Made by a program: the position numbers and the translations under genes. Source: Octopus bimaculoides (Eukaryota). Taken from it: a stretch of 61,505 bases of DNA. Shown here piece after piece: positions 1-12,374 of this stretch; within the stretch, counting starts at the first letter, position 1, and each line of letters begins with the position of its first letter. Location of the stretch: positions 18,823,371 through 18,884,875 of the forward strand of contig NC_069002.1 of assembly GCF_001194135.2 (NCBI RefSeq), in the 5' to 3' direction. The notes under the pieces are model-generated. The model did not search any database. It was given only the letters and a program-made list of their open reading frames with translations, and was not told the origin of the DNA.

Positions 1-59
1 TCCTCCTCCTTCTTCTTCTTCTTCTTCTTCTTCTTCTTCTTCTTCTTCTTCTTCTTCGT

Positions 60-745
60 ATTTGTTAGGTAGTATGATTTCTTGTTTGTATTTGTCAGCT
101 TCCTTAAATACTGAAGACAGTTTTTTGTTTTGCTCGTGCTTTGTGGCTATTTGTATTAGTTTTCCTCGTTTCTGAAGTAGGTATTTTTGCAGTCCTATGG
201 TGGTTATTTTATAATAGTTTCCCAGCTGTATAAGGCCTTTACCACCTTCTGTACGTTGTGTATATAGCCTTTCTACGTCAGATTTTGGGTGGTGCATCCT
301 AGATCCTGTCATTATTTTCTCGTTTTCCTGTCTATTTTGGTTAGTTCATTTAGTGTCCAGTTAAGGATGTTGTAGTTGCAACTTATAATTGGAACGGCTA
401 AAGTGTTAATACCTATTATCTTGTTTTTAGCATTGATCTCTGTTTTCAGTATTGATCTAATTCGTCGATAGTATTCTTTCTTTATTTTCTCTTTCATTTG
501 TGTGTGTTGTATCCTATCTAGTTCATTGATTCCTAAATATTCGTATGGCTGGCTTTCGTCTAATTTTCTTATTTCATTGGCTTTATCTAGTGTGGTGTTG
601 CAACTCTTAACTAGTTTTCCTGTTTTCATGGTTGTTTTGGCACATTTTTCTAATCCAAATTTCCTATCCATTTCTTTGGTAAATCCATGTACTGTCTGTA
701 GTAGTGTTTCCAGCTGTTTATCATTTGTAGCCTATAGTTTTAGGT
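60..745 (-). mobile_element. RLE-type non-LTR retrotransposon fragment (R4/Dong-like), RT C-terminal/thumb region
   Basis: ORF 312-671 contains FGLEKCAK, YEYLGI, KNKIIGINTLAVP and IDRKTRK. The frame continues as MTGSRMHHPKSDVERLYIQR..GGKGL, the typical R4/Dong post-RT segment. Flanked by (TTC)n at 1-57 and (ATT)n at ~765-808. Confidence 0.85.
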
Positions 746-762
746 CATCCATATTATATCGG

Positions 763-807
<45 letters not shown>

Positions 808-815
808 GTATTAAG

Positions 816-909
816 ACGGTGAGCTGACAGAATCGTTAACACGTCGGGTGAAATGCTTAGCATTATATCGTCGTTTGCTACGTTCTGAGTTGAAATTCCG
901 CTGAGGTCG
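816..909 (+). mobile_element. SINE family A, 5' part (tRNA-derived head)
   Basis: ggtgagctgacagaatcgttaacacg...tacgttctgagttgaaattccgctgaggtcga matches the complete copy at 22026-22258. Confidence 0.8.
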
Positions 910-1589
910 ATAGATAGATAGATAGATAAATCAATAGATCTCGAATTCAATGTGTACTGCTGTTTCAAACTAATCAAATGAGGCCTAACAATCAAAGATT
1001 TACACATTCAGAAATGTATAAAATGTTTGAAGATTTGCTCTTTTTAGTTTTACATGAAGATTCAGAAAATAATCAAAGTGTGTAGATCTTACACAGAAAT
1101 ATGAAAGTGACGTTTAGTGGGAAGTAAATCGGTGATATTAGAACAACGGAACAAGAACAATAAAAATGTATAGCTCAGTTCTAGAGCTAATTTGCTTGTT
1201 TCTGTACAACTCAACACTGAAGAAGAATCGTTTATATTATAAAGAAAATGGAAGGGTTCGAGTTCGTTTTGTGGTTACTTATTTTAATGCTCTGACAAAA
1301 TGAATTCGCGTGAAACAACGAATGAGATGCCAGTTTGCACGTGATGAGCAAAATACATTGTGACAATTAAATACATCATTTTGCGATCAGCATTCAAATC
1401 CTTCTGAGATGGATTGTATTTTCCCAGTGAAAAGAAGTACGAATAAAGTATGGATAAAATAAAATACCAGTCAACCACTAAGGTTGATCTAATTGACTTT
1501 GCCTTTACTCTAAACTGGAATCAATTTGTCTTTATTAGTATCCAATTTGGGGATGGCTCATTTCCAAAACGCTTGTTCGGTTTCATGTA

Positions 1590-1835
1590 ACATTCATGTG
1601 TGTAGCTTATTCTCTCTCCACACACTTGACGCCGTCTATTGGTCACTTTAGCATGAGAAAGAGAGCTGTCCATGATTTATGATACGAGTTCAGCGATGGA
1701 ATAACTCTATTCCGCACGTAAGCCAGAGTGGGATTTGAACTCAAAATGCGAAGTACCAGAACAACAAGGTGTTAAGAGCAACGCACCGATTCTCTCAGTC
1801 CACCACAAAAATTTAATACTTAATATTTTGATCCC
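1590..1835 (-). mobile_element. Diverged SINE (tRNA-like head)
   Basis: Minus strand ggtggactgagagaatcgg...ttgagttcaaatcccac has A/B-box-like motifs; the body differs from family A. Confidence 0.4.
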
Positions 1836-2789
1836 AGTAGTTTAAAAGTCAAATTTGACTTGATGGGATTAGAACTGGTAGACATGATGCTCTAATAAAT
1901 ACTGAACAAAACATTTGCTTCCTCTATTTTACTTGTTCCTTGTTTGCAGTTATTCAATTACCTTGTTATATAGAGATTTATGTTTATAATGTTGGACCTT
2001 CTCCTTCACATGTGTCCCTCAGCAGTTTTGTATTTCCGAGGTTGTTTTGTAATATCTCATAATATAAACCGATATTTTCAACGTCTGATTCGTAGATAAA
2101 ATGTAATCAATCGTCTAATTTGATACTTAAATCGACATCAGTCAAGGAAGAAGACATCTGTTTTGTTGATGTTTCTCGTTAATAGACATCTATCATATTT
2201 TTATTAGCAAAAATGAAACCAACCATGCAAGATTTTAGGTTAAAAGTTGGAAGCCACATACTTTGGTCTTGCTTTTGTAGTTAATTGCGTTAGAAAGACA
2301 TTTTTAGTAAAGTCTGTGCAGTGTTTTGTGTGTTGAAATCAGAATTCTCTGGTTTGTTACTGTTGTATTGATGGAGTCGATCAAACAGTTGCCAATTCTG
2401 ATTTGACATTAATATCTTTTCCCCTCAGCTTATTGACATTAACAATATCTAACATAACCCAGTTTTTTTCCCCTTCAAATGCTAGGATGTTATTTACAGA
2501 CAATTTTGCACTCGATGCTAGAAAGTGCAGCGACTGCGTAAATATTTTTTGGTTACTAGTGTGGCTCTGTTTTTAATAATAGCTTTAATACAAACTTCCA
2601 TTCATATCTTGGAATGTGTCAAAACTAACATTTTTCATTAACTCAAAATACTTTCCTACACAGACAGTTGTCCTTCAAGGTAACCCAAGGCAATACGATA
2701 TTTCTTATAAGAAATACAGGAATTGAATCGTTCTCCTTTTACTAGAGCAAAAGTGAAGTTCTTTCTGAAATATAGCAGAGTTGTCATAG

Positions 2790-3107
2790 TTGAATAATGA
2801 AGACGGAAACGACGATTGTTATGAGGATTATGATATTGAGAAAGAAGAAGAAGAAGAAGAAGAAGAAGAAGAAGGCGAAGGAGCAGGAGAAGAGGGAGAA
2901 GGATGAGGAGAAAAAGAAGGAGAAGGAAAAGGAGGAGAAGAAGAAGAAGGAGAAAGAGGAGGAGAAGAAGAAAACGAAGACGTTGATGACGATGACGACG
3001 ACAGGGGCGGCGGCGGCGATGACGATGCTGGTGATACCGATCATCATGTTAGTAACGAGAAGCAAGAAGATGCAGTTACAGCAGCTGATAATGTTGATAG
3101 CTTATGG

Positions 3108-3177
<70 letters not shown>

Positions 3178-3210
3178 TGTATGAATGTATGTATGTATGT
3201 ATGTATATGT
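2790..3210. repeat. Compound microsatellite (GAA/GAG/GAC, then CT and TATG)
   Basis: Directly visible. Explains the poly-K/E and poly-F/S ORFs 2797-3288 and 2784-3065. Confidence 0.9.
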
Positions 3211-3865
3211 GCAGATTTGTATATTTTGCTTTATGTATGTATCCTCATGCATATAGCTGCATATCTAAACATGCTTATATATATTTAAATGGTTAAACTT
3301 TTGGAAAGTTTTACAGATTTTTAGAGTCCCAGTGATGGACTGGGATCTGTAGTCTTCGAATTAGCTTTCTCCTTTCTGGTTTTGAGAAGCTTAATTTCTC
3401 AAGATTGGTATTTAGGCAATGTGTTACATATCCCAGGGACCCAATAATTACAGGAATAAACCTGGACTTGTAATCCGAATAGAGTAACTGCAGATATCTC
3501 AATAGTTCAGCGTAAGTATTCGCTTTTTTCACTGATCTTCAGCTTTATGTTAACATCCACTCGGCAGCTAATTTCCACAGCTGTACACAATTTCTCTTCT
3601 CTATCCCAAATCGTTATATCAGATCTGCTCTGCTTACATTTCATGGTGGTCTTTACTGGGAAATTCCACCAGTATTCCTTTTCATCATGAGTGGCTATGA
3701 CTTCTACCATACTGTAGGTTCTTATTTCTCTGTCCTCGGGGTTACCCTGCTGACGGATTTCATGTCTCATCGGTAGATGATACTGTGATGACAACTGCTT
3801 ATGATGTGCGTGATATTTTCCGTGTTAATTCCACAAAGTCGGTATCGGTTGTCACATTTTACTGC
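3205..3865 (-). mobile_element. RLE-type LINE 3' end (restriction-like endonuclease plus 3' UTR)
   Basis: CKQSRSDITIWDREEKLCTAVEISC..DVNIKLKISEK and FIPVIIGSLG (degenerate PD-(D/E)xK region). The 3' UTR aligns with 24705-24800, so it is the same family as 22770-24800. Confidence 0.85.
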
Positions 3866-3972
3866 TTTTCCTGCACCTCTATCCTTTTTGTGCATCAGGT
3901 ACTTGGTTGATATTTCCTGTTCCTGTTGTGGACATTGTTATGGCCGTCCATGAAGTTTCATGTGTGAGAGTT

Positions 3973-4010
<38 letters not shown>

Positions 4011-4124
4011 GGTTCGCTTCGTATGTAATGGCAATAAATGGAACCTGCAGTACCTATTGACGTAGTTGAGTTTTATGCCCCTGCAGCTGATCACCAAGCG
4101 GCTGTAGAAAGACTAGTAAAAATA

Positions 4125-4940
4125 CATGCGAGGTGGTATCACAATGTTCCGAACCAGTTATGTGTAATAATAAAAAATAGCTTATTTACCTACGTTTTAA
4201 TATCATCTCCTTCAAAATAGTCACCTTACACAGCAATACACAAGTCCCAGCCTTCCTGCATCTTTTGGATTTCGGCCTCGAAGTCGTTTTCCCTAAGCGA
4301 GTGGAGGTCCTTCTGTGATTCGCACTGAATCTTAACAACGGTGTTAAAGCGGCGACCTTTGAGCTGCATTTTTATCTTGGAGAAGAGATGGAAATCCACT
4401 GGTGCTAAATCTGACAAATGGGGCAGGTGCGGAAGCGATTCCATATTGCTTTTGGCGAGAAATTCACGCGTGGGGCGAGCTCGGGAAGAATGCAGTTCTT
4501 CGCGCTGCACAGATCCGGTCGCTTTCGCCGAATGTCATCCCACAAACACTTCAAAACGTCGTAGTAGAACTCTCGATTGACGGTCGGAACCTTGCAGGAG
4601 GAATTCTCGATGTAAAATACCAATTTTTGGAGGACGAAGCTCGTGACAGGTCTTCCACATTGCTCATCGTGTTCCAGGGATGTTCTTTTGCTTTTGGAGC
4701 ACCCGTGCCACCCTCAACATTGCATACGGCCCATTTTCTTGTGGCTGTAAGCTTGCCGAAGCATGTCTCTGTAGTGACTTCCGAAGTTTAACTCGAATTT
4801 TCATGTTGATCTTTGTGCCTGTCCGTGACCAACTCGCAGACTACAGCAAATACGGGATCAGAAAAACACAAATTTCATAACTAGCGAAGTAAACACAGCC
4901 GTGTCACTTGGCGCACTGCCCCATGAAAATCATTGCTAGC
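4125..4940 (-). mobile_element. Internally deleted mariner transposon (irritans-like)
   Basis: TVNREFYYDVL..DIRRKRPDL and HLPHLSDLAPVDFHLFSKIKMQLKGRRF. TIR-like cgaggtggtatcacaatgttccgaac at ~4127. The 5' region aligns with 33721-33955. The first catalytic D region is missing. Confidence 0.85.
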
Positions 4941-5072
4941 CTAGTATTTATCCTATCAGTCTCTTTTGACGAACAGCTAGGTTACGGGGGCGTAAATACA
5001 CGAGCACCAATTGTCAAGAGGTGAAGAGAGGGACAAATACAGACACAAAAAACAGAGACCCATAGATACATG

Positions 5073-5118
<46 letters not shown>

Positions 5119-5285
5119 CACATATACATATACGACGGGCACCTTTCAGTTTCCAACTTACCAAATCCACCCATCAGGCTTTGGTAGGACCGAGACTATA
5201 GTAGAAGTCACTTGTCCAAGGTTCCACGTAGTGGGACTGAAATTGGAACCATGTGGTTGGGAAGCAAGCTTCTTACCACACACGC
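4940..5285 (-). mobile_element. SINE family B, 3'-truncated
   Basis: Matches the full copies at 8885-9281 and 44739-45152 (ccaaccacatggttcc...cccactacgtgg..ccttggacaagtg, internal (CA)n) and stops at tactaggct. Confidence 0.85.
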
Positions 5286-5703
5286 ATTTGCCATCCGTAC
5301 ACATATACTCATAAAAAGCATATACTAACACATAATTTCCAAACACACAAGTATCACACTCTCACTCATACACACACGCGCGCACAATGACTCACATACA
5401 GACAATGCCCATTTTAGGACTCTCCTGCTTTCAATAACCACATTCTGTATTTCTCTCCAACTTCCGGCGAGTTATATATTTGGTCATGTAATGATAGACG
5501 TGCATTTCGCTCGTCTACTTATTCCTTCCTCATTTTCCTCTTCTCTGGATTTCACCCTTTTCCAACAAAGAGCCATGCTCGAAACCTTATTTCTACTTTT
5601 ATTCTTCCAACTAAAACTTTCACGGAATGTCAATCTAATATATTTACTGTGTACATCCAGTTGATACTTGTTATTTGCCAGGGTCTCTATTTTTGATTTC
5701 AAT

Positions 5704-5775
<72 letters not shown>

Positions 5776-7421
5776 ATAGCAATTATGCTATAAAATTCAT
5801 TAGCTAACACCGGGGCCTCGAATACAAAGTGCAATAAAATGCACTTTATATTCGAATCTCCGATGGAACTATAATGATTTACTTAGGTAAGTTTGTAAGA
5901 TAATAGTGAATTCCTCAGTCAACTCATCTTCTTATTACCGCTGTATACTCGTCGAATACTTCGTTCTGAAGCATTTGCATATTGAGCTGAAAAGAACAAC
6001 TGGATGTTTCATGTTGTAGATTTACAACAGTTTGGCAGATATATATATAAGATTCCCTGTGTCTTAAGGCAATCTTTCGAGCTCAGTTCATAACGTTAAG
6101 AAGCATGGATGTTGGACTATAAGAAAATATGAGAAGAAAAGGAGAAAAAAAATCCGAAGATTGATGCAAAATGTGGAACGAGAAGAGAGAAAAGAAAAGT
6201 AAGAGAACCAAGATCTTTGTCCCCTTTCTTGAAATCGCAATTAATTTAGCTGGTATAGAATGATATAGCAGAGAGACTACAGCCTATGAGACACCTACTC
6301 ATTCCGAGGAGTGTGGTGAGGGTATATATGCATGTGAGCTCCCAGGTTAAAGAATCATTGGGAGGCCACTTAGTATTCAAAACTCACTTATAACGTCTAC
6401 TTTGATTTAGGTTCAATATTTTGGATAATCCTCTGTGTGTTTGTGTTTGTGTTTGTGTTTGTGTGTGTGTGTGTGTGCGTGTGTGAAGGCAGTAACTGGC
6501 CATTCCAATTCCTCATAGTGATCGATGGTTTCATCTCAGGGCGGGGGAATTTCTAAGCATTTGAAAGCAGCAGCTGTTCTCTGGGTTATAGGGAGGGTGT
6601 ATGTATGTGAAGGGGAGGGATACGGTTTATTTGTCATCAATGTTGGTGGGGTGGGAATGTTGATTCGATTATTTAAAACTATATTTGGTCATACCTTATG
6701 TACTTAGTTAAACTAATTAGCATGGAGATTTCACTCCATTGTATTAGTGTGTATGCACGTGTGTATGCATTTGTATGTGCGTGGGCGTGTGCGTTTCCAT
6801 TTCCGTTCTGAATTCTGTTATATGCGTGTGATGGAATGGAAGCACATCATAATTGGATTTCTTTTGTTTTATGAATCAAGTTTGAAATAATTTCGTAAGG
6901 TCTCCGTCAATCAGTGATTGAAGTGAGTGTGTGTGTATGTGTGTATGTGTGTGTGTGTGCGTGTGTGTGTGTGTGTGTGCGCGTGCACGTGTGTGTGTGT
7001 GTGTATCTATATGCATGTCTGTTTATGCAAGTATTCGCACTATCCTCAGAATTTTAAGGGTGAAGTTGAATCTTTCCAAGTGTAGGTTCGTAGAGGTTGG
7101 TGCTATGCGAGGTGAGTTTGTGTGTGAAGTTATGTGTTCATATTTGTGTGTATAAGTGTGTGTACGTGTGTAACACATTTTGTCTATTTAAATGTAATTA
7201 TAATCCAGAAAAAACAAACTGCTACTAAATCTGACCATGAGATGTTCTATAATTATGGAAGTCAATTATGTATGCTTTATTGTAAAACCTCAAACTCGAT
7301 ACTGAACTTTAGTTTAAGAGTTAACTGAATCAAGTACAGCTTGGTTCATTTAATTGACACATATATAAATATATATATATATACACACATATGTATGTGC
7401 GTGTGTGTGTGTGTGTGTAGG

Positions 7422-7472
<51 letters not shown>

Positions 7473-8556
7473 GGAGTGGAAGCTGAAATATCACAAAATT
7501 ATTTATCATTCCTGAATTCCGAACATCAGCTGGTAGGGAAAAAGTAGTCTAAGATGCGCAGGGTAAGGGTTTATGATGTTACAGACTGTAAACTAGTATA
7601 ACATTTTAGATTTAGTTATGAAGTGTTTTGTTTGTATTATTTCATTTAGTCTCTTGAATTTTGATACACGCAAGCTCATGCACGCAGATGCACGCGGCGA
7701 TAGAAGGTAAGCGTACAAACGTACNNNNNNNNNNNNNNNNNNNNNNNNNNNNNNNNNNNNNNNNNNNNNNNNNNNNNNNNNNNNNNNNNNNNNNNNNNNN
7801 NNNNNNNNNNNNNNNNNNNNNNNNNNNNNNNNNNNNNNNNNNNNNNNNNNNNNNNNNNNNNNNNNNNNNNNNNNNNNNNNNNNNNNNNNNNNNNNNNNNN
7901 NNNNNNNNNNNNNNNNNNNNNAAATACACAAATACATATATTACAAACGAAATAAACAAACAAAATAATTCCTGGACTCAGTCAAACGAAAATATTTAAC
8001 TGAGAAAATGTATAAATTTGAATCGAAAACAACTAGTTTGATGGAAGTGTAGAAAAAAACAAAAAAACAGGCGGCAATGAAAGAAACAAGAATGAAGGAA
8101 AAGTAATAAGAGAAAAAAAGAAAAATATACAGTACCCTGTTTACGACATCTTTTCAATTGGCAGGCATCGTGTAAAAGACAAGATGGAGCATGGGTGAGA
8201 AGAAATGAAAATGGAGACGCGATGTGGATCACAGTGAGAGTAAGTTGGGAGAGAAAGTGAGGGAGTCAGTGAGGAAGAGAGAACAAGAAAGAGAATAAAG
8301 GGTAGGATAGAAAAGGAAAGTGAAAGCGTAAAAGAAGTTGCTCGGGTTGTGAAACTGAGAAGGGAGTGAGGGAGTGAGGAGTGGTGATTCAGTGTGTGAT
8401 GTATGCAGTGAACCGTAGTTTCATGTGTAATGCTTTCGTTTGTTTTGAAATTAAACAGCATCTAATATGGATCAAAGAATATAAATAGGCATATGTTTGT
8501 TTGAAACAGTTACTCTTGCCGAGAATGTAAATGTGCATACACACACTCACACTCAC

Positions 8557-8648
<92 letters not shown>

Positions 8649-8884
8649 CTCTCTCTCTCTGTGTCTCTCTCTCTCTCTGTGTCTCTCTCTCTCTTTCTCT
8701 GTCTCTCTCACGCTCATAGAGAAAATACATTCACTTTCTAATGGGTAAACTTGTGCATTTGCGTGATGTAATAAGTTATATGGTGGTATGGCTTTGCCGG
8801 GTTATTGAAAGATATCTGTGTGGAACATGTTTGACGAGTTATTCTATGGAGAAATGTATATAGGGATAGAAAGAAGAATATATT

Positions 8885-9281
8885 TACTCTTTTCTCTTTT
8901 ACTCTTCTACTTGTTTCAGTCATTTGACTGCGGCCATGCTGGAGCACCACATTTAGTAGAGTAAATCGACCCCAGAACTTATTTTTTGTAAGCGTAGTAC
9001 TTATTCTATCGGTTTGTTTTGCCGAACCGCTAAGTTACGGGGACGTAAACACACTAGCATCGGTTGTCAAGCGATGTTGGGGGAACAAACACACACACAC
9101 ACATATACATACACATGTATACATATACGACGGGCTTCTTCCAGTTTCCGTCTACCAAATCGACCCACAAGGCTTCGGTCAACCAGAGGTTATAGTAGAA
9201 GACACTTGCCCAAGGTACCACGCAGTGGGACTGAGCCCAGGACCATGTGGTTGGTAAGCAAGCAGCCACTCCTACGCCTAT
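8885..9281 (-). mobile_element. SINE family B, full length
   Basis: Reverse complement of 44739-45152, ending gcagtcaaatgactgaaacaagtagaagagtaaaagag. Confidence 0.9.
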
Positions 9282-10101
9282 GTGAGTATATATGAAATAT
9301 ATCGACAAACGTGTTTAAATATCTATTTTTTATATGCTTTAGCCATGTAAATGTAAAATATGAAGGTATAATACGCACACACACACACACACACGCACAC
9401 ACATATATGTAAATAGATACATTTATATCTATCTATATAGATGTGCATGTATGTATGTATATATATATATGCACGTGTTTGTGTATGTATGTACATATAT
9501 ATATATATATGCAGGATGTGTGCATATATATTTACATACATGCACACATATACATATACATATATACACATGTATATATATATACAGAGGGAGAGAGAGA
9601 GATAGGGGGTAGAGAGGAACAGAGAGACAGAGAGAGGAATGATGGAATGATAATTGGTGCATGGTATAAAGTTCGTTGCCATTGAAGTTAATCGCCAGAT
9701 GAATAATGACCGTAAACATGGTTATTAAATAAGATTTGTTATGAATGTTGCTGCTTTGAAAGTATCTTTTGAGAGTGACAGATAACAATTTTTTTTTTCC
9801 TGGTTTTGGAAGAAAAAATTCTAAACGAAAACTATATTGAAAGAGCACACCTATAATTGCTTAATGTTTTCATCGAGAAATTGTTCGATATTCTATTTCG
9901 TGTCTCGAGACATCAGGTACTGAACAAAGTCTTCCAAATACATTTTCATCACAACCAAATTCTCAGCGTTAGCTGCTTAGAACAGCTGAAGCTACATTTT
10001 GATCTAACATAACGCCTTTTTCTACCCTTTTGTATCAAATGCACATTATGCATTCTTTTGCGATTAAGTGCGACTGTCAGGGAGATTACATTCAGTATAC
10101 A

Positions 10102-10137
<36 letters not shown>

Positions 10138-11334
10138 TACAGAAACATGCACAGTGNNNNNNNNNNNNNNNNNNNNNNNNNNNNNNNNNNNNNNNNNNNN
10201 NNNNNNNNNNNNNNNNNNNNNNNNNNNNNNNNNNNNNNNNNNNNNNNNNNNNNNNNNNNNNNNNNNNNNNNNNNNNNNNNNNNNNNNNNNNNNNNNNNNN
10301 NNNNNNNNNNNNNNNNNNNNNNNNNNNNNNNNNNNNNNNNNNNNNNNNNNNNNNNNNNNNNNNNNNNNNNNNNNNNNNNNNNNNNNNNNNNNNNNNNNNN
10401 NNNNNNNNNNNNNNNNNNNNNNNNNNNNNNNNNNNNNNNNNNNNNNNNNNNNNNNNNNNNNNNNNNNNNNNNNNNNNNNNNNNNNNNNNNNNNNNNNNNN
10501 NNNNNNNNNNNNNNNNNNNNNNNNNNNNNNNNNNNNNNNNNNNNNNNNNNNNNNNNNNNNNNNNNNNNNNNNNNNNNNNNNNNNNNNNNNNNNNNNNNNN
10601 NNNNNNNNNNNNNNNNNNNNNNNNNNNNNNNNNNNNNNNNNNNNNNNNNNNNNNNNNNNNNNNNNNNNNNNNNNNNNNNNNNNNNNNNNNNNNNNNNNNN
10701 NNNNNNNNNNNNNNNNNNNNNNNNNNNNNNNNNNNNNNNNNNNNNNNNNNATAGCGATTAGGATTTAAATTCCAATCTATGAAAAGTTTCCGTTCTACAA
10801 AAGTCTTAAAGGAACGAAAGATTATCTAGCAACTCGGGCTGATACTAACGAGTCTGGTAGATGAAAAGGACTTACTGACTTGTCTTGTCAAGAGTACAGG
10901 TGACGGTCAGATCGGTGACGTCTGTTGTGAATTCTGTGTTCATTATTTGATTGCTGTTATTCTGTGCGTCTATGTCTAAAGATCAGTTGTGTTTCGCATG
11001 GGTTCCTTAATTTTACCCTAAACTTAGAAATGGAGAAAGACATGGTGCTAGATATAAAAAAAACAAGCCATCTGGGGCGAGAAATATTGCGGAAAACTTG
11101 AGACATTCTTTCGCTAGAAGCAGCAAACATGCTTGCTGTTATATTATCCGTGCATATGTAAATCTGCAGTTTGCCTTACGTCTCTTACCTTCTTTTATAC
11201 ATGTGTCTTATGCGAAATCTCTGATGAGTCAGAGTGACCCTGATGACATCGAGTCGTTTCTGATATATATATATATATATGCGTGCATACATACATGGTT
11301 GAATGCATACATATNNNNNNNNNNTGTATGTAAT

Positions 11335-11520
11335 TGCAGCCAATAACTCGGGTTTCTTTTATTGCGCCTGGTCGCAGTTCATTGATTTTCCTTCGGTATT
11401 TGGCAGTGGTCTTAGAGGTGCCCTGTCTCAAAAAATATCATTTGTAGCAGACGTTCTCTCGACATCGTTCATATGCGCCTGCCTCGGGCTCAGAACTTAC
11501 AGACTGAGTTGTTATCTATA
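11335..11520 (-). mobile_element. Penelope-like element, degraded GIY-YIG endonuclease C-terminus
   Basis: Frameshifted reading (ARGR/AYER..., LN/TEGKSMNC..KKPELLA) resembles the PLE end W.IL..A.AY...C.LC..E...LN.R.E...C.H..K..L. Confidence 0.45.
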
Positions 11521-11526
11521 ATCATA

Positions 11527-11638
11527 AAAATTGAAATAATTCATATTCAAAATTGAAATAATTCATATTCAAAATTGAAATAATTCATATTCAAAATTGA
11601 AATAATTCATATTCAAAATTGAAATAATTCATATTCAA
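11527..11638. repeat. 22-bp minisatellite (aaaattgaaataattcatattc) x5, running into a gap
   Basis: Five identical contiguous units with no spacers. Confidence 0.95.
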
Positions 11639-12374
11639 NNNNNNNNNNNNNNNNNNNNNNNNNNNNNNNNNNNNNNNNNNNNNNNNNNNNNNNNNNNNNN
11701 NNNNNNNNNNNNNNNNNNNNNNNNNNNNNNNNNNNNNNNNNNNNNNNNNNNNNNNNNNNNNNNNNNNNNNNNNNNNNNNNNNNNNNNNNNNNNNNNNNNN
11801 NNNNNNNNNNNNNNNNNNNNNNNNNNNNNNNNNNNNNNNNNNNNNNNNNNNNNNNNNNNNNNNNNNNNNNNNNNNNNNNNNNNNNNNNNNNNNNNNNNNN
11901 NNNNNNNNNNNNNNNNNNNNNNNNNNNNNNNNNNNNNNNNNNNNNNNNNNNNNNNNNNNNNNNNNNNNNNNNNNNNNNNNNNNNNNNNNNNNNNNNNNNN
12001 NNNNNNNNNNNNNNNNNNNNNNNNNNNNNNNNNNNNNNNNNNNNNNNNNNNNNNNNNNNNNNNNNNNNNNNNNNNNNNNNNNNNNNNNNNNNNNNNNNNN
12101 NNNNNNNNNNNNNNNNNNNNNNNNNNNNNNNNNNNNNNNNNNNNNNNNNNNNNNNNNNNNNNNNNNNNNNNNNNNNNNNNNNNNNNNNNNNNNNNNNNNN
12201 NNNNNNNNNNNNNNNNNNNNNNNNNNNNNNNNNNCCCTGATGACATCGAGTCGTTTCTGATATATATATATATATATGCGTGCATACATACATGGTTGAA
12301 TGCATACATATATTCGTACGCACATGCATACATAGATATATACATACATGCGTGCATACTTACATACACACACA

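Noticed and set aside
1990-2750. Coding-like minus-strand stretch with many stops
   Set aside because: No recognisable domain motif.
6200-6390. LSPFLEIAIN resembling an L1/Tx1 RT segment
   Set aside because: Too degraded to support with a second motif.
11527-11638. 22-bp repeats as a CRISPR-like array
   Set aside because: The units are contiguous with no spacers, in a eukaryotic context.
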